Source: Mytilus californianus (taxonomy: Eukaryota). Taken from it: a stretch of DNA of 64,000 nt. The stretch is taken from contig NW_026262659.1 in the NCBI RefSeq assembly GCF_021869535.1, forward strand, positions 2,418,001 to 2,482,000, in the 5' to 3' direction. Shown here one piece after another: positions 37,956 to 50,000 of the stretch. The notes under the pieces were generated by a model. It was not told the DNA's origin. It was given only the letters and a program-made list of their open reading frames with translations, and made no database searches. Numbering within the stretch: the first letter of the stretch is position 1; each line of letters starts with the position of its first letter. The translations under genes were made by a program, and so were the position numbers.

Positions 37956-39884
37956 TCTCTTTCACCTTACTTAATGTGTTCTGTCTCATTTCCGTACAAA
38001 CTTACTGTTACAGTAGCTTCAACTTTATCAAGTACATTGAGCTTGCTTTCAGGAACATCGAAAATTACGATATTACTTTAGATTGATACCTTTGTACTTA
38101 TGTGTTGTCTTCTTTTATAGCTGTATTAGGGATTTCTAAACGCAAAACTAAATAAATATTTTCAGGCAAAGCTTCATGTGTTCAATATCCGTCATTGTAC
38201 GTTATAATCCTTTATATCATGAACATAAACATTATATTTAATAACAAAAAATATTCTTGCATATTTGATTATTTATAGGAATAATAGTAAATGCGATTTG
38301 CAGCGCATTTTCCGAATCTATTTAAAGAAAAACAATCCAATATTGATGTCTACTACACATTTTCCCGTCATCTCAATTGTGACACCAGCACCAACTTTAT
38401 ACTCACCATAAGCAACAGGACCGATGCCACATTTAGGCCGGTATGCCTAGCCTTCCGGAGAACCTGATATAACCCCGCTTTTTCGTTTGTTTTGTGTTGC
38501 TCAGTCTTAAGTTTTTTTTTAAAGAGGTGTTTTGAAGACTATTTATTGTATTTTCCACGTTATTATATACTTTATGTAATGTTTTTATCGGTTTGTCTTC
38601 CTCTCATATGGGTTGGTTCTATCTTTGGTATTTTCTGATTCCTTTCAGTTAAAAATCAGGTGGATGTTTAATAGAAGCAGACAAATGAAATCTAGAAAAA
38701 TAAAATCTATTAGTTGTATTGAAAGTTTGGACATCAAGATGTCCCAGTATTAGAAATTACTGAGTTTAGGTGAAGTAGACCATACATTCACTGACTGGAA
38801 ATTTCAAACCGTAAATGTGACCTTTATTACTTTTTTCCTCGAAGTTAGATTAACGATGAATTCGTTTAAGTGTCTATTAAATCTATTTGATGTTTAATCT
38901 CACGAAGCATGTGTTAATACAATTCGTATGGCAAGGCGTTGCATTGATTTTAAATGTTGAAACACCATTAATATCAATATTAAATTCATTTCTTAATAAT
39001 GGGACATAAAGAATATATATTTTTTACCAGCTTAATATTAAAACTTCGTTTATTCATATGAAAATCATGACTTCATATGAGATCATTTTCAATCTATTTT
39101 CTTTTTCATAATTTTGCTATTGATCATCACTAAATTGATTTGAACTGGTCGATATCTGCCAAAAGTTAAATATATTTTTTATCCATTTTATTATTTGGAA
39201 CTGTAGTTAACAGTCCATTCCATCTCAATAATGAAACTCTTTGATTTTGCATGAATGATCACAATATAATGGTATTTGTTAAGGTGTTTAGAATTAAAAA
39301 AATGATATAATAAGTACAAATCAAACCGACATCTTTTGGTTATTTTTGTCCTTGGGTTCTGTATTATTGACGTATTCCAAACATCAAATTATTCTTAGGA
39401 AGAACATTTTGCTTGCAATATCTTCATTTCTTTGTACAAATGTACTTACAACAACCTCAGTGGTCTCGTGGCAGCGTGTTCGCTTCTAGTGTAAGAGGTC
39501 GCGGGTTGGATAACATTAGGCAAACAGTTGTAAGGAACTTTTATTTAACTCTTGCATGTCTTGTGGACTTAATATTCTATTTAAGTTCCTTCAAAATGGT
39601 AAGAAAACCCAAAATGAATAACATTACAAAATATGATAGAAATGTCAAATAAATATAGAAACTTAAATATCAGCCTTGCTTTATATAATTATGAGTGCTT
39701 GATTAAATAAAGCAAATGTAAATAAAATGATATCAAGCAAATAAATTAACAGCCTGAAATAAAAGAGAGGCGAAAGATAACAAAGGGACATTCAAACTCA
39801 GTCGAAACTGAACTGACAACAAAGAAAATGAAAGACTGAGCAGCACGAACTAATTTAGTAACGAAAGGGAAATAATCCATACCT

Positions 39885-40080
39885 ATTACATTTATTTATT
39901 TTTCTGAATAGTGTGTCTTAATTCAAGAACTGAAATACATCTGCTGAAATGCACACAAGCTGAGAAATAGATTGGTCGAAACCACCAGAAAATTCATGTG
40001 TCTGGACTACTGCAATGCATAGGTACGTCTTTCAGAATCGATTTATGGAGAGAAATGATTATAATGGAACATGAGATATT
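39885..40080 (+). pseudogene. Degenerate duplicate of POLR1D last exon with flanking intron and 3' UTR
   Basis: 39907-39963 aligns without gaps to 23629-23685 (AATAGTGTGTCT..CACAAGCTGA). The acceptor CAG has become CTG and a TAA replaces GAG. Confidence 0.8.
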
Positions 40081-41004
40081 CCATGTGAAGTATGAAAATT
40101 CATAAAAGAGTAAACAAAATAACCCATAATTAGAAATAAGAAGATGTTATACTTTATTTCAAAATTTTGTTTTGGGTCAGTTGCCACAAACTCTGAGGAG
40201 ATGTCTTTAGTTTATCTGGGTTTATGTAAAAACAATATTCAAAAGCTCAGTAACTTGGGAGTAGAGTTGGTCGATTGATCTTAAAGAGAGGCGAAAGATA
40301 CCGTAGAGATATGCAAACTCATAAGTCGAAAACAAATTACAATGCCATGTCAAAAAATGAAAAACAGCATACAAAAAAACACAATATAGAAAATGAAGTC
40401 AGGACCCTTGTCAGTAGTAGTGATATCATATATCTTAATGGTTCTCATATTATATAGAAAATTGGGTGTTACTTACAGATCTTTGATTGTATTTGTTAAA
40501 TTTATTCACAACTTTTACATAGACTTGGGATGATTTAGAACTTAACATATTGTATGGACACCATTTTTGTTGTTTTATTTTATTATTTCTGTTATTGGGA
40601 TGCTGGATCATTTGTGTATATCTCAAATCTTTTTATTCCTTTTTAGGTCAGTTTAATTGCAATTCAACATTGATAAGATGATATGACTTCATAACAATGT
40701 TAATTTTGATGCACTTAAAAAAATAAATATGACCACCGTTTTGTCAAATATCTAAAAACATGCAGTTGTCTTCAGACTCGGTTAAAGGTGATTTTCCTTT
40801 TCTTTTCATTTATTACATATTTAAAGCCATTTAAGTATTTTCTATCTTGGGTTTTAATTTAATATATGGCGGGAAGAATTATGGAAAAATTATTTTCTTT
40901 AAAGCAGACACATCACTAATTGTTATCAAGATTTTGTCGTGTAGCTCATTCTTTGTTTACCTTTATTCACAAATTTGCTAATACATATGATTTACAGATT
41001 TATT

Positions 41005-44000
41005 TCATGTTTCATAGCCAATATCATTTTCTGCCAAAGAATCAAAGGAATTTCTATGATGATGTCTTGTTTCATATTCATGAGTATTTAAATTTTCGAT
41101 TACTGGTTGATAAGGATTCAAATATTCCTCACTTTTGTGTGAAGTATTACTGCCACTTTCGGAAAATCTTTCTCTTTGTTCATACATCACATTAATAACA
41201 TTTGTGTCATTATATTCACGGACAACTGGTTGATTCGGTTCAATGTAACCGTCATCACGGACTACCGGCTGGTGTGGTTCAAGATAACCATCTTCCAGGT
41301 CAACTATATTGTCAGATTCTGAAGAGGACTTTGAAATTCTGTTGACATTTCTCAATACCATGGGAGTATTACGCATGTTATCCTCGTCAACTCTGTCATA
41401 GTAATGTTCATCTTGTTGGTTTCGATTGTCACTATGGTTACCAACATTATACATCATACAACGATCTTTAATGCTCTCTTTATAACACAGGCACATTGTA
41501 CAAATGGTAACCACAATGACAAACGATCCACCACCAACAGTATATATGATCATTTCTCGCGGTAGTATACCTAAAATATATATAAAACTTGACAATAAGA
41601 ACAGCTACAAAAAGACAACCAAATCAGTAACTTATTGTACATATCAAACATTAGACATGAATTTCAAACCTAAGGATCTCACACTTCGTATGTTATTTTT
41701 GTATATTAACAAGAGACAGAAAAAACAATGAGACAGACATAAAACATTTTCCAGTTGATTAACGTAATAATCCATTATAGTTATAATTAATAATTAATCA
41801 GAATAATGGCCTTTGCATTATATTAACTGAGCCTGAGAATATGTACCAGTAATATAAATTTTGTATTCAGTGGCTAATTGTTGGAACCCACTTGGTGGTC
41901 TCGTGGTAGCGTGCTTGCCTTGCGTGTGTGTGGTCATAGGTTTGACCCCGATCCGGATCGATCTAAAGACTCTTAAATTGGTATTTGTTTCTTCTCCGCT
42001 ATCCATACGACACTACGGAGTAGAGAAGAGACTTGTTGGAGTTAGAATAATGATTCTGGGTAAGGTGTCATGTCTTCCTGAGATATGTTACCTGTGAACT
42101 AGCAAGCTCAGCATGTTGGTCTAGTCCAAAGCAAGGTTCAAATTGATATCACATTAACATGTTCTCGTCCTGAATTTGCATACAATTTACTGTAGTGTAA
42201 TTGCCCTGTAGTTCTAGGGGGTTTCCCCAGCCTGTCACGAGGGTACTGGTACAGCACCGAGGGACCCGAAGGGACACATGACACAAGGGTCACAGTTGGG
42301 TACTTCCAGACTCTACTTCGAGGGCAACTCTCTTTTACTGCGGAACGAGCAAGGCAAGGCGCCTGATATCTGGGACCTGACGAGGTTAGCTGGGACTGAC
42401 ACCTAGTAGGAAGGTAAGGGCACTCTTACACTAAGCATAGCTTGTATTTTCCGCTTGGGTAACCGTAGAGCCCAGCGAGACAGGCCAAATAACACTTTAC
42501 TGGTAGTTGCGGGTGGTTTTAAATTTTGGTCCTGCAGGGGCTTGGACGCCATTTTGGGCATCACTCCAAAATTTTGAGTGCCTTCGGTCAACCCTGAGAA
42601 TTGGTATTTCGTCCTAGAGAGTCATACCAGGTCCCGTGTTGTACTTTCTGGGTGAAAGTAGGGAAAATTACATCGTAATTGAATAGTTTTTGGGCCCGGG
42701 AAAACTTTTTGAAAGTTGTATAGTTTGATAGCGAGGTCACGCGAGGTTTTTGCCGCGAGATTTGGGCGTCATCTTAAATTCCTAATTACGGATGTAAACA
42801 AACACAGTGTTTTTGTGCATATTGTATAACGGTGTATACATTTTTATACTGACTTTTTTATTTTGAATAAAGATTTATTGTTGCTTTAATTACATTGAAT
42901 ATTAATTATTGCTTTGTAATTTATATTGAAATAAAGTAAAATAAATTAAATATTATAAGTCATTATGGAGAGAGGAAGAGGGTACACTATAAAGATAAAC
43001 ACCTGTCCTGAGGTGGTACTGAAGTGTATGCCTGGCATAGGGAATGCCATAGGAAACAGGATAATGAATATCAGGAACAAGGGGATCCACATTGATAGGG
43101 AGGTGTTAGAGCAAATCCCCTATCTGAGAGTAACTGAGGGTCTCCTTGGAATGATTGATTTTGAATCTAGCCCAACCAGGGAGAATGCTGGTGCAGGGCA
43201 CCCCAGTATTCCAGTAGTAGACAAGAACAGGCAGTCGACGCCTATTTTTAGCCCGTTATGTGTGGAGACACATGAGGATAGAGACGCGCCTTTGCGCAGA
43301 GAATGTTCTGACCCACCATCGGTATGTCAGAGGCATATGGCGATTCACCATATTTTAGGCCTATTCCTGCTCATCAACATGAGGAGAACAAGCAAAAGAT
43401 TGCAGAGATGTGCAATTTTGGTAATAAGGTCAGTAATTGGATTGAAGAACACCATGCTAAGAGGGACACCACACACACAGGTTCCTATAAGGTCAAACCA
43501 CACCTGAAATCGATTGAATTGCCTGATTTAAGACAAACAATCTCACCTATTGCAATGCAATCAGTCCTTGAGTCAGAAAAAGAGAAGGTGTCCGGGGAAA
43601 TAGAAAGTTTACTTGGTGACCTGGGACATCTCAGTGATGTGTCGGATAGGGATAGTCTGATACATTCCCCTCGGACCAATATGGTTGTTCAACACCAACA
43701 AGAACAACAACATTTTGCTGACAGCCTACAGCGACAACAAGTTCTAGACCTGAGTACACATAGCCATGATATCAGGCTAGTTGAGAATCAACAAGTACTT
43801 CCTGTGGCTAATTTTCAACAAATAGACCAACAGGGTATCAACAGACCTCAACCAGTCAACAAAAGCCATCAACAAGATATATTACCTGTGACGACTGATG
43901 AAATGCCAAGTAACCATGTTCTCCACTTTCCACCAAGTGTTCAACATGACAACATCTACTGTCAACAAGATCAACAGGTAGCCAGCCACCTTCAACAGGC

Positions 44001-47000
44001 TTCACCGGCATATCACAGGTCGTCAACAAGTGAAAATCCTGTAAAACAACATAGGGATATATACAAACCTGACACGCCAACAGTTGAACGTGTTCAACCA
44101 TTCCCACCGCCTATTCAACATGATGACTACCACCGTCAACCAGAATTCAACAAGCATGTACATCAGACATCTGGTATTCACAGCCCTCCACCAATTTCCA
44201 ACAAATTGGGGGAACATCAACAACCAATTCACCATGTAAGTCAACAACACGACTTCAACAAGTATCAACCGGAAAGGTTACCTTCTGATCATGTTCACTT
44301 CTCACCGAGTGCTCAGCATACAGAATCATACCTCCAACAAGGTTACAACCGTCATCAACAGGATATTTCATCCAATCATTTTCAATCAAGTACACAGGGA
44401 AAATGTCCAACAGCCTTACCTTCAACTAATCAATACCAACTTAGTATTAACAACATACAAAGCGGTGTCAACAGGGTTCAACAACCAACGGTACAATCTC
44501 AGACTTATGTACCGAGTCATCAACATGTACCCCAACATCAGATTGGTTCCACCAACCAACAGCCAAGAGTCAACAAGGTTCAACAACCGATGTTGCCAAT
44601 TCAAAAAGGTGTGCAATTGCAACAACAGGTACAAGGCCTACACCAACGGCTAGCCCAGCTTCAACTAGGGGTCAACAACTATGCACAACCTATACAACAA
44701 CAAAATCCATCTGCTGCGCCGGTTTCCTTTCCTCAACAGCAGCCGAATCAACAACAACCCGTTTATCAACAACCAGGGTACCAACCACCAAGTTTTGTAC
44801 CAAGGACCCAACCACCTATAATGATTGGTCATCCAACTTCTATGTTTCAACCTCCTAGGGTGGACCAACACCACAAGGACCAACACAGTCCTTTCACCAG
44901 CAAAACATGTGTAATGTAACGTACCCAGCCATGGGTCAGTCTACCTTTTCAAGGCCTGCAGATGCAAGTAACTATCAGCCAGAGTCACACACATCACCTA
45001 TGCAACAGCAGCAACCTTAATCATCAGGAGCACCACCAGCACATAACAACCAACCGTCGGCAAGACGAAAGGAGTACGATAGTGATTATCAGGAGAGACA
45101 GCGTAGGCGTGATCCAGGTCGTTATTATACAGCTGATTCGGACACGTCTGATGCTTCACCATACCACCAGACCAGGAATAAACGTAGGTCAGAACCTGCT
45201 TACCTCAGTGATCATTCACACAGAGACTTCTCACCTATAAGAAGTGCAAGGACCTCTCCAGCACATAGTAGACATAGTTCGAGGAGAAGCCTTACTGCTA
45301 GAGAGTCGCAATCAGAATCTGAGACAGACAGTCGACATTCGAGGAGTCAGTCAAAGAAAACCAAAAAGATTGAGAAAAGACAATTTCTGTCCTCAATTCC
45401 TAAAACGCACCGTTATAGTGGGAAAGGCAACTGGAAAGCCTTTTATACCATGTTTTCTGGTTATGCAAAAATTGCCGAGTGGACAGATGAACAAAAAAGG
45501 GAACAGCTCTGCTGGTGTCTAGATGATGCAGCCAGTGAGTATTACACCTTACTACTGGAAAACAACAAAACAGCTAGTTTTACTAATATCATATCTAATA
45601 TGAATAAGAGATTTGGTCATCAAGAACTGCCAGAAACCTCACAGGTTCAGTTCCAGACAAGTGCCCAAGGAGAAAAGGAGACCTTGGAGGAGTGGTCGGA
45701 AAGAGTGTTGACTCTCGCCACTAGAGCCTATAGCAGGTATAGTGAACAACTGATGACTGAACAGGCAATCATGAGATTTTGCCAGGGTTGCAATGATACG
45801 GTTGCTGGAACAAAAGCCTGTATCTCTAAACCTAAGTCTATGGATGCAACCTTGGACATGATAAGATGGTGTCAACACACCAGGAAGGCAGTCAGTGCCA
45901 TTCAAAAACCTGGTAAACCAGCAAATGAGTCTAGTTCAGAGAAGCCAGGTAACTCACCAGTAGTTCTTGGTGTAGGTAGCACCAAGTCCAGTATGGACAA
46001 TCGTCTCTCCCGCATAGAGGAATATATAGAGAAAATGATGTCAACAGTAACCAGTTTGGTTCAAGAACAATCAGCCACACAAGGAACCAGTACCATCTCT
46101 AGGTTACTTAACCAAGACAACAGATCTTCCAATTATTCGCCTAGACGTAATTATGGCCGAGGTCGTGGGCGGAGGAATAATTCGGGTGACAGGAGATATA
46201 CCAGACGTGGTTATTATAATAATGAATGCTTTAATTGTCACAAGCAAGGTCATTATGTCAAAGACTTCCAGACCTATATGTACAAGATACTGGAAGTCGA
46301 CAGTCAGTACAGAAAGAGCCAACATCTCAACAAGTATCTTTTAATGAGAACAAAGATGATTTTTATGAATCTGAAGGAGTAGTATCAGGAGTCAGTACAG
46401 TTAGATCACTAGGAGCAGCCAAACTCTTCAGAGTTGAAGTAGATATAGCTGAAAAGAAAGTACTTGCTCTTGTTGACTCTATCTGAAGTAACTATTCTAA
46501 AGGACACAATTTTTGACACTTTGGAGCCTAATCCCTATGTTATCAAGGAGACCACCATGTATGGTGCTGGTACCAACATGACAATGCCATGCACGCTCAC
46601 TAGTCCTATCAAGTTCAAAATTGGACATATGCAGTTCAATCAACAACTGTATGTAGCTCCAGTTTCATGTGATATGATACTTGGATGTGACTTTATCATA
46701 CAAAACAAATGTATCATGAATATTGGAGAATTACTTATCACTGTACAGAACAGGAACATGCCATTATTTCTAAGGGATAATAATACAGTTCATGAACCGA
46801 TTGTCAACGTTGTTCATGGACTGAACACTGCAGATTCATCATCTGATGAGAAAACCAGTACATAAGGGTCAACACAAAGGGCTGATTTTCATTTTGAAAC
46901 AGTCATTCCTCAAGAGTCTAACCTAGGCATGATGGCCTCGACATCTACACAGGAATCTGACGAAAGAGGAATACAGGATAAGCCTGATCAATGTAGAGAC

Positions 47001-50000
47001 AGTAGAGATCAGTGCTGTATTAACAAGGTAGAATCGAGAGAAAACCTTGGGTTTTATACTTGTCCCAAAAGTGGGGAAAGGGAGAAGACTTGTGTTCAAA
47101 GTCTTACAGACCGTAGATATCCTGTAAAGAACTGCCCAGTAGTGGTAGATAGAAGAGACGTAAAAAAACATTGTTTTGAAGAACATCTTTCTGAAATCTT
47201 TCAGACATATCATTCCAAAAGACTCATGGAGGACAGTAGATTTCACCAACATAGAGCTTATGTGGTTATGCTCATAGCAAAATGGTTAACTGGGCAGGAA
47301 ACAGTGACTGCCAAAGATTTGGTTAATTTCCTGAATGATAAGTCTTTTGTGCCACGTTCTACGCATGTTACAGGGATACAGATGCAAATTCATCGTACAG
47401 TGTGTAAAGAGATGGGGTGGACAGATTATTTCAGATATAGTTTGAGACCAGTAAACAGCCCTGCTTGTTTACTCAACTGGAGAGTCCTAACTTCACTTCT
47501 TAACTTTTTAACCCCTGAACAACAAAATATGGTAGCCGAGGGATTTAACTACAATCCTGGAAATCCTCCAGATCCTGAGGAACTTGCTGAGATGAATGCC
47601 AGTTTCTGGCCAGCGTTTGTTAATAAAACTCAAGTTGAGTCAGCAATCCTTCAAAAAGAAGGGGAGGAAGACAATGTTCAGTCTGAACAAGAAGAACGTA
47701 CCATAGTAATGGACAAAATAGAAGAAATTCACTATGAGAGTGAAAGTTCGAACACTGACACATCTAGCAAAAAGAGGAAATTGCAGTCCAATATTGCTGA
47801 CAATGACACAGATGCACACTATACTCCGGAGAATGAAACCGCAATTCTCCTGGGACGCCAAGTTTCACAACTAGTTAAATCCCAGGTAGAGCCTTCTTCT
47901 TCGCAGCTCAAGCCAATCCAGAGCCCTCAAGTTCCAATACTTGTAGTTATACAGTATGAAGGTTTGCAGTGTATCGCAAGGGTTAGTTCTATGGCAGAAC
48001 TGTACAATGTGGTTACAGAACGGTTCCCTGAAAGTGGGAATGTGTCACTGATCTGTGAAGGAACAGTCTTAGATGATAGTGTATGCTTTGACCTGTTAGG
48101 TCACCGTCCTCACATTGAGGTGAGGCGCCTTCAGTAATAAAATTGTCAAAACAGAACAGTTTTCCCAGCTTGGGATTTACCACCATTGGTATTGTGTTGA
48201 GTGTGAACCATTATTGTATTTTATGTGATTTTTATTAATTATTTACTTCACACTCTCACATGTAAAGTGTACAAATATGTTAAATAGTTGCAACCGATAT
48301 TAAGAGCGGTGTCATGATCCTGATATTATATAAATTGTAGTTATACTAACTATTACAGTAGTAAAATAGTTAAATGTATCCTTATATATAGGTACTATAT
48401 AGGTGGGATTTTAAACAAGAGTCAAATTATTTATGGTCATGTACATCCTTCCCGGTTGTAAATTATGTATTAGGGTATACATCAGACTCGGACTTCTCTT
48501 GAACTGAATTTTAATGTGCGTATTGTTATGCGTTTACTTTTCTACATTGGCTAGAGGTATAGGGGGAGGGTTGAGATCTCATAAACATGTTTAACCCCGC
48601 CGCATTTTTGCGCCTGTCCCAAGTCAGGAGCCTCTAGCCTTTGTTAGTCTTGTATTATTTTTAATTTTAGTTTCTTGTGTACAATTTGGAGTTTAGTATG
48701 GCGTTCATTATCACTGAACTAGTATATATATTTGTTTAGGGGCCAGCTGAAGGACGCCTCCGGGTGCGGGAATTTCTCGCTGCATTGAAGACCTGTTAGT
48801 GACCTTCTGCTGTTGTCTGTTCTATGGTCGGGTTGTTGTCTCTTTGACACATTCCCCATTTCCATTCTCAATTTTATTTTATTAGTTAGTTGCATTTGGA
48901 AATTCAGGGCGGTATTAATGAACTTGTCATTTAGACATTGTGATTGTTTTATATTGTACATTTATATTGTGAAGTATCATGTTTCCGTCAGTTCAGGTCT
49001 GAACAGTTGATACATATACATGCATGTGAACATTACACAGGAGTCAGGGATTTGAGACGTGTTGAGCACGCCGTTTATTGTCTTGTAGTGAGATGTTTCC
49101 AGGACTTGATAAGTTGGAATAGCATATGGCTATGGTCGACATGGAGTTCGGCTGTTATTTGTCCTGAAGAACCTGGTTAGGTTAGCACCCTGTGGCAACT
49201 CTGGTGTGTAAATTGTTGGGAGTTTGGATACTCTATAGCTAGATAGCTGTTCAGTCCTGAATTTTTATTTGTATGTTTAAGTTTACAGGGGTAATAATTT
49301 TTTTTTCTTAGGGAAAGATTAAGTTTGTCCAATTTTCCCTTTATCCAGGATTTAGGGGGGTAGATATTTTAGATACCCTGTGTCATGGTTGAGTTAGAAA
49401 AAGACGCTGCCAGTCTTCCCCTGGGGAGTTTTTGTGATAATACAGTCGTTTTTGTCGGAACTAAAGTTCCTCCTTTTTAAGATGGAGGGGGGTGTAGTGT
49501 AATTGCCCTGTAGTTCTAGGGGGTTTCCCCAGCCTGTCACGAGGGTACTGGTACAGCACCGAAGGATCCGAAGGGACACATGACACAAGGGTAACAGTTG
49601 GGTACTTCCAGACTCTACTTCGAGGGCATCTCTCTCTGACCGCGGAACGAACAAGGCAAGGCGCCTGATATCTGGGACCTGACGAGGTTAGCTGGGACTG
49701 ACACCTAGTAGGAAGGTAAGGGCACTCTAACACTAAGCATAGCTTGTATTTTCCCCTTGGGTAACCGTAGAGCCCAGCGAGACAGGCCAAATAACACTTC
49801 ATTGCCATTGGAAGTTACACATCGATCCAACATCAGCATATCGTTAGTCTCTCTTTCACACGAACTTCCTATAGCTACATCTCTTTATGTAAACTTATAT
49901 GACTTGTAATTTTCATGTCTTTTTTTGTCTAATGTGCACCAGAGACTCTTTGTGTAAGTCTTTTTATAGAGTTTTATGATTTTTGTCGAGCCTGCGACTT

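Larger units (their letters stand above)
42191..49801 (+). mobile_element. Gypsy-like LTR retroelement lacking RT/RNaseH/integrase (non-autonomous), antisense in intron 4 of the receptor gene
   Basis: 309-bp LTRs at 42191-42499 and 49493-49801 (TG...CA; the left copy ends TA; about 11 mismatches). PBS-like TGGTAG at 42501, PPT AAGATGGAGGGGGG at 49479-49492, 4-bp TSD TTAC/TTGC with one mismatch. Confidence 0.9.

Noticed and set aside
42370-42420. Possible hammerhead in the LTR (CTGACGA), which would suggest an LTR retrozyme
   Set aside because: No GAAA follows a closable stem II and no stem I/III pairing was found.
43485-45905. Several antisense and alternate-frame ORFs over the gag region
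   Set aside because: They are shadows of low-complexity Q/H/P coding sequence with no independent motifs.
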